From contig JAAILG010000138.1 in the NCBI GenBank assembly GCA_012026655.1, forward strand, positions 1 through 64,000: 64,000 bases of DNA. The letters run 5' to 3'. This document shows, piece after piece, positions 38,001 through 50,320 of the stretch (positions within the stretch are counted from its first letter, which is position 1; the number at the start of each line of letters is the position of its first letter). Under the pieces are notes generated by a model. It had not been told where the DNA came from. It saw only the letters and a program-made list of their open reading frames with translations, and searched no databases. A program made the position numbers and the translations under genes. The DNA comes from Hydrolagus affinis. Taxonomy: Eukaryota.

Positions 38001-38592
38001 ACAAATTTTGTATTTCCAGTTTATACATTTGGATGAAAATACGTATTTATGAGGGCAACAATTTTGGCGTTCTCTCACTTGATTGTTACTTGACTTTTCA
38101 CTGAAGGAAGTTCTTATGGAATAGATACATTGAACTTTTGGATGGGAAAAGACAAGACTGGTTTGTCGTACTTGAACAGCTGTGCCCTCTGCTGATGGAA
38201 CTTGGAAATAGCAGTAATAGTTGGTGTAAATAGAAGGAGGCAGGTCTAGTCCTGTTTGGGAGGCCTGTTGGTTTGTTGGCGAATGGCATCATCAATAGAG
38301 GGTGGAGAGTGAAATAGATTATAGAACATTAACAAATCAGACTGTTTAAAGCCTTAGATTGTTGCATCTCAAGTTCTAAAGTGGCCTTCAAGAATCTCAG
38401 TTGCAAGAAGTTTCTTTTCCTCTAATGACAGCTCTTTACCCTCATAAAATCTACATTTATAGGACTCAAATGTTTCTCCAGTATCTGGATAGGCTCCTCT
38501 AATACTTCTCTATAATCGTCAGTGAGTGATAAGTGCCTATTTGTATTGGTTGACTTGAAGCACGGGCTACCTATTTATATTTATCTTTTCAA

Positions 38593-38608
38593 TCACTAGA
38601 TGGCAGTG
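38593..38608 (+). promoter_or_regulatory. Candidate CTCF site
   Basis: TCACTAGATGGCAGTG, close to CCACTAGATGGCRS. Confidence 0.45.
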
Positions 38609-38814
38609 AAGATCTTAGCAGGGAACTAAAACTCCAACTGCCCAAACGAGGAAGAACACCTAATGGCATGAAATTGTCTCCCGAATCTGAGAGTGTGTTT
38701 TGCATAAAAAGAACGGATCATTCTCCTCTTACCTGGAAGGGATGATTCATACTAGGGTTGCATGGGAGTGGTCCTTCTCTGCCACCTGCCCCTGTGTGAA
38801 TCCTCATGGTGAGA

Positions 38815-39040
38815 ATAAGTAATAATAAGAAATAATACTTATGCACAGCAGTGTCCCACAAACAGTCGTGGATTGAGTAACCAAATTATTATTGTGTGTG
38901 TGTTTTTTTTTCTTGAGGGATTATTGTCAGGTGTGTAGAGTAAGGATACTTGCCCAAGTTTTCGCCCTGGACTGGAATCAAACCCAGATCTCTTGCTTTT
39001 GAGGTTAGTGCTCTAACCACTGAGCTACAAGAAGTCCAGC
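38815..39040 (-). mobile_element. SINE copy (head plus core, tail mostly deleted)
   Basis: gcacagcagtgtcccacaaacagtcgtggattga...ttgcccaagttttcgccctg...gctctaaccactgagctaca. Confidence 0.85.
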
Positions 39041-39314
39041 ATGTATTACAATTATTATTATGTGAACTTATAGCATCGCAGCCGAACCCTACCCTGTCTA
39101 CACAAGCCTATTTTCCAGCCAGAGTTACTGTACCAAAAACAGAATCCTGGCAGAATTAATTTTGTTCCTTCTCTCTAACCTGGGACCATAGATGGGGAAA
39201 AATCATGATGCATCCACTACCACCACTGGGACTGCAATGCCTTTGCAAAGTCTGGCTTTATCGTTTAGCCTGATATGCATGGGACAGTTTTAGGTCAGCT
39301 TGCAATACATGATA

Positions 39315-39585
39315 TAATGATAATATTCCTTGCATTTGATATTGCCCCTTTTCATGAATGTGAATGAAGAACATCTGAAAGCATTTCACAGAATTTACTA
39401 CAAAGTGTAGTAACTGCGTATTTTGGTAGCTGATGGAAACTTTACCTAAATTGATCCTGTAAAGATACTGATAATAATGATAATCCTTGCATTTGATATG
39501 GCGCTTTATCACGTCATCGAGATGCCTGAAAACGCTTCACAAAATATTCTACAAAGTGTAGTGACTGTGTATTTTATGGGTTTGA
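39315..39585 (-). mobile_element. Two tandem SINE 3' fragments
   Basis: Two copies of tccttgcatttgatat...cacagaat/aaaat...acaaagtgtagt(a/g)actg, at ~39315-39430 and ~39470-39585. Confidence 0.75.
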
Positions 39586-42500
39586 AGGCGGTCGTTCTTC
39601 TAGATTGAATTGTGTTTCAAGGTTACAGTTCCAGTAGTGCGCCGTGCTTCAGAAGTATCCATAGGCACATCCGTAATTGCACTTCAAGACAATTCAAACG
39701 CATGTTTCTTTTGAGCACCCTCAAGGCACAGGGTCCCAAACCACACTGCAGTCATATATCCTGTCAAAAGTCAGAGTTCAGAGGAAACATGACCTCCCTC
39801 ACTCTTCTCAGGTCAGTCGCTGAATGACGTTCAGAACAATCAATTCCTTGTAAAATCTTCCAAGAGGTGATGACATCTGTCTGACAACATGAACTACAGT
39901 CAAACCTGGTCGGAGCTAAGGGGGCTTGAGCTTTCGACAGCTCCCAACTTAAGAGAAAATTGCTGCACCGACATTTCCCTTTTGTTTTCGTTTGAAGATC
40001 AGAGGCCAAAAAGATAGTGGAATAATATTGTTTCAAAGTTCAATATAATCGAGCAATACTGGGTTTGAGTCAGGGAGAAATTGACTCGGGGAGACACAAA
40101 CTACACATGACATTAGAGCTACATTAATACCATAATATCTAAGTTCATAACTGTTTCCATATACAGTAATTCGATGAGACTGTGTTTGAAGCACTCATAA
40201 AACTGAGAACTTTGCAAGCCATTTTTGCCATTCGGTTTTGAATTTGTCTGAAAATAATCTTATTGCATTCTACAGTCAAAATTCTTCAGAAGTTGCAGAA
40301 AAATGTAAACTGTTTACATTAAAACTTTTCCTGTATTCACCATGTTCAATAGTGTGCAGAAGATATGTTCTGGTGCTCTTTTTGACCATGATTAAATGAA
40401 TGTTTGCTTTCACTCAGGAACGAACTTTCACAAAGGCAAAAGTGGGAGAAACTGTAAAGACAAGAATATTATATGTCCACATTGGGATGGTGAGTGACCA
40501 AGAGGTGATGGTGATTCTGTGATTCCAATTGCTCTCATTTCTTTGGATTGTGCTAGTCACAGGGGCGAGCATTCGTCCATGAAGCAAGCTTCATGAGTTA
40601 CTGCAGTGTTTTCAGTTCATGGGACATTCTGCAGCTAAAGCAGGTCTATTGAAGAGTGAGTGAATCTTGGCTTGAGCGCCTGGGGTGTCAATCAAGCAAA
40701 CTGCTTTTGCTGAAAGGTGCCTAGCTTTTTAAGTGTTTTAGTTGCCAACCACGAGTAGATGGTCTGATGAGTAGATGGTGGCTTTGAAAGTTTAGGAGGT
40801 GACGCACTCCAAATTTTGCTGTGGGAGGACAAAAAGTCCTAAATTTGGATGGAGCTTTATCAAAAGAACTGAAATGCCTTTATCAATTAGAATTCAGTAC
40901 ATCTACAATAACCTGCATCGTTTTCATTATTTTCTTGTGAATGTTTTGGCGCTGATTTAATATCGCTTAATGAAAGAAATCTCCAAATGAAGTCATTGGG
41001 CTTTAAACTGCCGCAATTTCTAACTGGAATCATTAAGTCTGAGTTGCAACTAAAATCTTCTGATAACTGGATCAGTCACACTGCTCTGGCAGAAGATTGA
41101 ATTGAAGTGTCGTGAGTACCAGTCTACAGGATGTAACTTGGAGTTACCAACCATTCAGACTCCACCATTGCATGTTATAATCTTTCTGTAAAGCTTTCTC
41201 CAGCAGATGTTCATACCTTAAGCTTTCGAATGTTCAATTTACTTCAATAGTTTAATGAAATTCTCATGTTCCTTTTCTGGGGGTAAAAAAAATGGCAACA
41301 TAGCTCTTTGAGGACTGGAGTCATGTTTTTGCATCACTGTTTACAGTAAAAAAAACAAACCAGATTTAGACAGTGTTTTGCACCAACCACAATGAGCATT
41401 ATTGTGTGTGAGTGTGTGTGTGTGTGCGAGAGAGATTTCATGACCTGGATGTAATGGTTATAATATCAGATGACTCGAGATCAAGGTCATTGGCATCTCT
41501 GACATTTCACTTATTAAATTATGTGACCTCAAAAATAATAATAATAATCCTTGCATTTGATATAGTGCTTTTCACGTCTTCTCGCAGTCTCAAAGCACTT
41601 CACAGATACTGTTGCTATTGAAATAACTATGTCAGAAATGAAAATCGAGAATTCTAGAAAGCTGTATCTTCAAGAGGTTAATATTCCATACGTTCAGAAT
41701 GTTGATGTCTTTCAGATGCTGATTGAACTCAACAGGAAATGTCCATTATATTATGTGATATTTGGAAAATACTTATTGTTGGTAATGCATCACCCTTTAG
41801 GTTCATCGACGTGTTTTACTGATATTGTAAATAATTTCACTATGTCACAGCAATTCTCAGTTATTAGAGATACAATTGCTTATTCACTTCACTGCTGTTT
41901 GTGAGATATTGCTTTATGCAAATTGGGTGTTTGCAATACGCAGTCACTACACTTTACGGTAAATCCTGTAAAGCATTTTGAGATATTCTCTCAACTTCAA
42001 ATATCCTATGTCAAACTATTATAATTAATTATTAAGTTATTATCATTTATTACTACAGTATCTTCGAGCGCTCTGGGACTCTATCCTGCATGCAATAAAT
42101 GCAAGTTGTTATCTTCTGTCAGTCCAGTCTTTTTGTGTGGTTTAAATTGGCTGACACTTATCATTTTCTTCCTGACTAGTGATGGGAGTTTGCATTTAGA
42201 TTTTTTTTAAAATGACTCTCCCATTTCTTTTCAAACTAATCTGGTTACCTTGGAAAATACCAATGACCTAAGAATTGATTGTCATAAATAGATATTTTAT
42301 TTTACGTTGTTTTATGACAGTTTTCTAGATCCTGCGCAGAAGCTAAATGGGAAGCAGATTTCTGGAGCCTGAACAAAGATCCAAGCAATTTTACCAAATC
42401 ACCCCAGATTATTCTTAGCTTTGGGACAATAATGTCTGTGGTTTGCTCCAGTCAATCCTCCAGTATTTCAGTGGTTTAGGAAGGAATGCTTCACATCACA

Positions 42501-45500
42501 TTTAAGGTTGAAGGACATTTTCTGTACACTTCTGGGCTGCGTGAAAATGCAGCGAAAGTAACGAGACACAAGGGGAGTTCTGAAGAAAGGGAGGGTGCTG
42601 CTGTATCTCAGCGTATAATGGCTATGTTTCAGTCGGCCTTCAGAAGCGTCGATTAAGCAGCCTGGCATCATTAGAGAGCAATATGCCAAAGCTCCTGTAT
42701 AATAACAATTCACGATGGCTTTGAGCCAGTTGCAGATTTAGTTATTACTTTATTGGGAAGGGTTATAATGCTTACTTGAAAGGTGATCTCTTTTGAACGC
42801 TGTATTCTGTTGCAAAACTATCCAAACTGTAGCAGATGTTCGAGTTGCTTCAAATTTATGATGGTCACACTTCTCCAGCCACACCAATGTGCTTTCATGC
42901 GGGTTTATTTTGAATCCTTGTATACATTTTTGCTCCAATTGCAAAGATTGTTGTGAAACGACTAGGGTCAATTTGTGTGCTGCGTGATAACTTGTAATCT
43001 GTTCATATGAATTCTGCAATCTAATATTTCTGACCAGGTAAACATTGCTCGTCTGAATTTTTTTTCCACCTTTTATACAAACGTAAGGCTTTACTTTCAA
43101 AACCATATTTTCCCCGAAAAGTTTTAATGAAACGAAAAATGTCGACTTGACTCGATTGATGGCACTTTTTGCTGAGGATAGAATGATTTGCTTTGGGTGG
43201 TTGTTAGAATAAGAATTGGACATGCACCTACAGAGGAAAGATAATCGAGGGTATGGGGGCAGGAAGTAGGGGATTGTGATTAAGATGGAAGATTGTTCTG
43301 CAAAATGCACAGCAACTACTGTACTCTGAGGCTTATATTATTTATATAATATAGATAATATAACTTTATTTTGTGTATATATATATTTACACATTTGCAT
43401 ACACATACGCAGTATATGGAACTTTATCTAGTTTGGATAGTCTTAAGAATGGCGATGGTGATCATAGTTCAGGCACCTGACCAATCGAAGAAAAAATAGA
43501 TTATTTTCTTGGGATAATAGCAAAGACTTTTTTTTGTGGAAAAAAACAAAATAAATGACCACCTGCTGCTGTATGTGTCTATGTAAGCACTCTGGTCTTG
43601 CCATACCAAAGCCTTGTGGATTCAAACTCGCATTGAGACGTTAGGTAGCCATCTGGATTATTGTAACATATAATGTAGAATGAAACACTCTCTTTTATGC
43701 GAATTTATTGCAAAAATAAAGCAAGGAGTTGTGCCCTTTGGGAAAGAAAACCACTGTGATGTCAAAATATAAAGCGATAGCAAGAGGTAAGCTAAGTGTT
43801 AGGGCAGCAAATTCTTCACTGGAGTTTTGAAAAATGTCATTTTCAGGCAAACCTTAATATGAAACTAAGTAGCACTAACATGTTACCATATGTGCTGCAG
43901 TGGTATAAAAGGTAACTCAAAGAATGTCTGCACTCAATTACACTTCAAAGCACACGGCAACCCAATATTCTTGGACCTCAAATCTATGGTGCAAATAATT
44001 AATAATGCTTGTCTGATTCCGACAGATTTCTTACCTAAGCACAGTAGACCACTTGTCCGACAATATTGGTAAAATATACAATTCTCAATTCTCTTCACAA
44101 TATAGTCTGTGAGGCGCTTTGAGAAATCTCGAAGACTTAATAAGTCGCTGTATCAAATGCGAGGATTATTAATTATTATTATTATCTACTGTGAAACTTA
44201 GAGAAAGGCAGTGAATTGCTGCTCGTCAAATATGTTTTTTTTAAACAAAAGTTTTTCTTTTGTTTGGCATTGACCAGTAGAGAGAAGACAACCCGAGACA
44301 TGAAATCTTCATAGCCTCACATTTTGTAAGCCTTTGCAGAATTTTAGAAAATGCCTACATTCAGTCTGGATTTGAAAGTCAGTTTTCTGCAAATCTTCCC
44401 CAAAAACTTTTGCTCTGCATTTCGACCACGTTAAATGACCATTTGCTACCTGTCATCTGTATTTGGTCAGCTTAGTGAATGTAACTCATCCATGTTTCTT
44501 GTTGGCATGCTTCACTCGCATGGGTTTATCAAATAAATGATTTGCATTGCTTCCAGTGCCAGGTCTGAAAGCAGTGCGGTGGAATAAATGGGGGCATTGG
44601 ATGGCTTAGCAATAGTCCCAAGCATGTAATATAAGGGGTGAAATGGCTCTCTGTACTTTCCGTAAATTTGGGGCAGGTACGCTAGATTCCAGACATACTC
44701 CACACTGACATGGCTTTGATATTACAGCTACGTTGTGTGTTTTTTGTTGAATTATTTTTGAATAAACCGTTCACGATATCACTCAGAATTTACCCATGCT
44801 CTCTTTTTTTTGTGTGTGTGTGTGTGTTGATTCAGTGGTCACAAACAACACTGTGTAAACAAACTGTTTCAAAATTGCTTTTTCCAAGAGATTAAAGTTT
44901 GTACAATGCCCTGAGCAAAATCAGGTAAAACACAGCAGCAACATTTCCTCACTTTGTCCGAGGTTTCCTGCTTGGCAGAATGACCATCCTGACCGTACTT
45001 TCCACAGAAATGTTCATGTAATATGGTCGTTGAAGGGAAGCATTTTTGATTGTATAGAAATGTTTTGATAGCATTTGCATTGTGTTGGGGTCGCTGTTGC
45101 TAACTGGAGATATTAAACCGTTTCAAAACCCATGATCAGATATGACGCAGGTTTGATAGTGAATGCAGACCGGAGTACAAAGGCAGGCTGGGTCCTGGTA
45201 TTTTTCATTATATCCTGAGTCGCAGGCTAAAGCTACCTTAGAACTTTCATTTCTTGTGCTTATCAGATCATTAAGAGTGGAACTTGGCTGTAAAAGAGGT
45301 TATGGGGAAGATAAAATTATTGCATAAAGCCAGACATTAGAAAGCAGTTACACCCTTATTGGTTTCGCAAGAAGTGGTAATTGGTCTGGGTAATGGCCTG
45401 TGTGTATAAAGTTGTACATTTGCTTATATCAGGATTCCATGAGGAATTTCGCTGTGAGACGTGTAAGACTCCAAATTGTTCAATTCAATTTAAACTGCCC

Positions 45501-46571
45501 AGGTCAGAAATCGACAATTGTTTGTGTTCTGTATTTCCAGTTATAGTTGCAGAGATATAGATCTCCATTTGATAGTGAATGCAGACCGGAGTACTTTTGT
45601 GCCTTTCCTGCAGTGGTCTAATTTATGATTTTGATTACTTGACTCTTACCAGCAACATCAAGATTGAGAAGATTGCAATATTTACTCAGCTCATTAGATT
45701 CTGCATGCTTGAGATTGCTCTAAAATCATACCTGCATGTAGGTTTAAAGCAGTACTTGAAATGCAGCTTGATGTGGTCACGCCCTCAGAAACCTCTGTGC
45801 CACTCAACATCAAATCTGTTTAACACTGTTATCAGCAAACCTCAATCTATTATTTCGTTTTCAGATTCAAGCGGCTGAATAGGAACAAAGGAAAGAGTGT
45901 GGGGGGCAAAATGGGTTATCTTTGCGTTGTGACAGTTCAAATTGATATAAATTTGCTATCATGAAACTTCAGATCATAGAGCGTGGTTAAAAGATTATAC
46001 GGGGATTGTGATGACATCCAGGCAGAGAAAGCAAGAGGAAAGCTAGGACTTGCCTTAGCGAAATAGTGGAGTTTAAATTATTAGCTCCAGTTTCTTCTAA
46101 TGCAATATGTGCTTTGTTGCTTTCAAAATCATGTGTTTGAGCAAACTATTCTTTTCTGCTCAATTTGGAAAACAAAATTGCATGGATTATCGGTGCGTAC
46201 AGCTTTCTTTTTTTAAAAAAATTACTTGGACTTTTATAAACTGCAGTGGATGTCTTTTCTACAATTGTGTGTGGAGCAGGTGCTTGAGAATCCATTGGGT
46301 ATAGAAATCTATTTGGCAGATGTTTTGCACCACTGGTGTGTTTGTTTCCTTTTATATAAAAAAAAACTCATTTCATCCTGATTTATGATCTTGTGCAGGT
46401 GCAGTGTTGGGATCCGAGATAGGGTTTTAAAATTGCAATCTGGCTGGGAAATTGGAAGTGAGGGAATTTATTTTTCAGAACTATTGCTGCATCTCACTTG
46501 CTGAAAAGGGGAACCCAGATCGTACAAACTGAACAAAAAGTGGGGTGAGCCTAGCAGGGACGCTCCAGATT

Positions 46572-46712
46572 ATAATAATAATAATCCTTGTGTTTGATAC
46601 AGCACCTTGTCACGTCTTCAAAGCATCTCAAAGTGCTTTGCAAAATATACTGCCAAGTGAATTAACTGTAGTTAGTTTGTTAGTGAAATGTGACGGCTAA
46701 TTGCACACAGCT
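46572..46712 (-). mobile_element. SINE 3' fragment
   Basis: (aat)n ccttgtgtttgatacagcacc...catctcaaagtgctttgc...ggctaattgcacacagc. Confidence 0.75.
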
Positions 46713-47953
46713 AATCGAGGTAACCAGGTTGGCATTGCAACACAGATGAACTTAACATGTTAACAGTGTTATTTGCCTGAAGTTCAAAATGATATGTTAC
46801 TGTTAGATTGTTCCTTTGTTCATTGTCAATCACAAAATCCACACAACGGCAGCTTCAATTGAACACACAAAATCAGTAAAATACTGAACAACACAAAGTT
46901 CTTCATGTAAAAGTTCTTCATCGCTAGCAGAATTTAATACCATCACCTTTCAAATATACACCACTGGTGATGGGGCTAAATAGCTGTACAGTACAAAAAG
47001 AAGCCAGTTTATCAAAGTCCCTTTCGTGTGGAGTGATAAATCTAAAGGATGTGTCACTTCAAATAGCTTTTTATAGCTTTGGGAGCATCGCAACCCGTTT
47101 CAGACAGACAGTAATCAGTCTTTGACAGAGATTCGATAAGCTCAGAATTGTATTCATTCATGTTTCCTTTCAGTACAATCGGAGATTTGTTTTTTTTGTT
47201 ACAACTACAATCAGAAAGCTGATGCAATTTGAAATCTGCCAATATTGTACTGTATCCTCATTCCTTTTTTTATTTCACTGTAAATAAATCAGACAATTAG
47301 ATTGCACTACGTGCCATTTAGTGAAATGAGCAATTAGCTTGCAATTGAATAATAAACAAAGGTAATTAATACAGCAGATTAATGCTTCATACCGGAGTTT
47401 ATTATTTAGTGCACAATTGTTGGGAGCTTGAGAAATATTGTAAATTGAATTTTATTGAAAAATAACATAGTTTGGGCCGTCAGTTCATGAACTGACAGCT
47501 GATGTGAAATAATTTGCTTGCGAAATAGCCACTACGCTTTACAGTGTATCTTGAATTGCTTTGAGATGTCCTCCTGGCATGAAAGTTGCTATGTTAGATG
47601 TAAGACTTACTTATTTACTATTGTTGATTAATATTTTTGCAGAGGGCACAACTGCTGGCTGAATCCATAAACTGCCCATAATGCTCGGAATTAAAGCAAA
47701 ACAAACAGGATGATGACAAGGCTTGATCCTTGGTGTGAACTGATTTATCTGAACTCTTGTCACAGCTGTGATATGGGTACTACAATTAGATTTGTCTGTC
47801 TAATTTCTTGTATGTTCTAATACGTGATAACAAGGAGTAGAAATGGAAAATTGTGTAACAAAACAGAAGGACATTTTCATATTTTTCTTCATTATATGCA
47901 AACTGGACCGAATATTATATGTTGATTTGTATTTTTGTAGTGGTAATCAGATC

Positions 47954-48250
47954 ATAATAATCCTTGCATTTGATATAGCGCTTTTCACACCTTATCGACG
48001 TCTCAAAGTACATCACAGAATATACCGTAAAGTGAATTGACTGTATATTTGTGGGCGAAACGTGGCAGCCAACTGTGCACAGTGGTGTTCCACAAACAGT
48101 CCTGGATTGAAAATGTTTTTTTTGATGGATTATCATTAGGCTTGTGGCGTATACAAACTTGCCCAAGGTTTCGCCCTGATCTGCCTGGATTCGAACACAG
48201 GTCTCACACTTGTAAGGCGAGTGATCTAACCACTGAACTACAGGAGCTCC
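47954..48250 (-). mobile_element. Full-length tRNA-derived SINE with an intact B box
   Basis: Reverse strand ggagctcctgtagttcagtggttagatcactcgccttacaagtgtgagacctgtGTTCGAATCCaggcag, then core and tail ...aagcgctatatcaaatgcaaggattattat. Confidence 0.92.
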
Positions 48251-48924
48251 AATGCTGTAATGCTGCATCTTTCTGTGATCATCTTTAACTTTACATTTGC
48301 AGAGTGATTAGGTCAGTTCATTCTAACCCTGCATAAGCAAACTTTTGAAGGTTGCTGATTCTTTGGGGATTTGTTCCGCATGTAAGCAAAGCAGCTGAAT
48401 TCATGCTACACAATGAAGAACGTTGAGCAAGGAAGGTGAGGTGAATCGCCACAGATTCTAAAATTAGATTTAAAAACGTTTTCAAAATAACTTTACTCTT
48501 GGCCTCCAAATTAGAATTAGGCGATGTAAAGACTGGCGTTTTTTTTTTGCTCTGCATATTGCTCCTCTAATTGGAAATTCACAAAACAATTGTGTGTTTC
48601 CTTTAATACCTAATCTTCCTAAATTTAAGGTGTGCTTGTAACCTTGTCCTCTTACAAGGCCGAAGGGAATGGTTTCCATATTTTGATGGACGTGCATTTA
48701 TACTGAACATTACAGAGTTTAGTAACACTCATTCTGTGTCCTTCCAGCTGCAGCTGATAGTTGTTATTCTGGAGCTGGGCTGAAGGTCAGCTGAAGATTT
48801 CAACCAATTTATCAAGCAGTGACTTGACTGATCCTGCTATAGTTACGATAAAAAGCCTTCCACCAACCATCTTACATCGATATAATGAAAGTGATAGATT
48901 AAGATTGTGATTTGAGGGGTTCAT

Positions 48925-49035
48925 TTGTGTTTCACCCACAAAATATAGTCAGTTCACTTTACAGTATACGCTGTGAAGCGCTTTGCGACATCTCGAAGAC
49001 GTGATAAGGCGCTGTGTCATTAGGATTATTAATAT
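48925..49035 (+). mobile_element. SINE 3' fragment
   Basis: cccacaaaatatagtcagttcactttacagtatacgctgtgaagcgctttgcgacatctcgaagacgtgataaggcgct. Confidence 0.8.
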
Positions 49036-50139
49036 TAGCAAGCAAGTCATCCCATTTTGCTTTTAATGAAGGGAAAGAAATACTTGCAGGCAAAGTTGAG
49101 TCATAGATCAAGATGATCATATGGATTTTTTCACTTCCTATCACTGTGAATTCTCTCTTTTTTTAAAAAAAAAGCTTCATGCTGTGACGGGAGGATGGAC
49201 TGAAGGGCCTTCTTCATCCAAATTGATATTATGGTTCCCCCGACACTTGCACATTCCCAATAGTTAAGCATGAATAATCCAGGAACGCGGCAGGAAATTC
49301 TCAGTGCAAAAAGAGTGGTTATTATTAGTAATACAAAATTTGTTCTGCAATGAAGGTTAGCCTAGCATCACATATCTACACACATCAGATAAGAAATCAT
49401 CGTGGCACAGAGGAGATAACAGTTCTATTTTTCTTCCCACTCCAAATACAAGCTTTCATTATTTAGAGTTTCATTTGATAGGTCTCAACTGATGTCCCCT
49501 GGTAGAATTGGCTTGAGAGTGGCTTGCGGTATCTGGCCTCTCAATCTTCCCACCCTGACAAGGAGCAAGCCTGTGCTTGCCACAACTACTAGACAACATA
49601 CCAAGGTCAGGAAACTCACTCTGCACTAAATTGAACCCACATCCTATATTTCTGTAAAATAGTATATCAAAATACTAACGTGGTCAGTCAACTGTTTCCT
49701 CCAAATGTATTCTTGTACTGTGATTTCCTACATCTCTCTTCCCCCACACAACGCCCCTCCCACCAAGAAAAGAAATTATATGAACCTGTGAAATTCAGCA
49801 TATGCAGCCTCACGGAATAGCTTCAAAGGTGTTTACATTGATCATAATGGTGATGACCTTCTGGGAGTGCACCCATGGCAATTCACTGATTTATATTCCA
49901 ACAGCGATTATTTCAGGCTCCTGTTGCCAGAGTACTGGTGCATGTCCTTCTTCCAGTGTGTCTATTAATGCATTAAGCCAACCTATGCATTTCATGACAG
50001 TGCCATTGAGGAGACCTTGCCCTTCAAGCACCCGCCACAGCATTTGATCCCATGCCTGAGTGAGTATATCAGATTTTAAATGGGATTGAGAAAGTAAATT
50101 TAAAACAATACTTTCAGACCCACTGAGTCAGCAGATCAA

Positions 50140-50320
50140 GAGGACACTGGAAGTATTTCTTTGCCCAGAGGGTAATTTATAACTGAAACAGGTTACCAGC
50201 AAGAGTGGTTGAGGCCAGGATGCCAGATTCATTTATACACAAAACAGCTTGATGCTGTGATGGCGAAAGATGAAATGGACTGTACGGCCTTCCTACTTCA
50301 TCCAAACCTCTCTTATGATC
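50140..50320 (+). mobile_element. CR1 LINE 3' fragment (degraded end of ORF2 plus 3' UTR)
   Basis: ttctttgcccagagggtaatttataactgaaacaggttaccagcaagagtggttgaggcc reads FFAQRVIYN*NRLPARVVEA, the CR1 ORF2 C-terminal FFxQRVxxxWNxLPxxVVEA motif with W mutated to stop. Confidence 0.75.

Noticed and set aside
42750-43310. 186-aa minus-strand ORF
   Set aside because: Non-ATG start, no recognisable motif, AT-rich codon usage and no convincing splice sites.
47954-48250. tRNA gene (Val-like head with A/B boxes), also at 3428, 5982 and 21527
   Set aside because: These are SINE heads: no clear acceptor stem or terminator, and each continues into the SINE core.
3112-48288. Recurrent short ORFs with similar peptides (PTNIQSIHFTVYSV, KCKDYYY, IIIILAFDIALF)
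   Set aside because: Translations of the same SINE, not a gene family.
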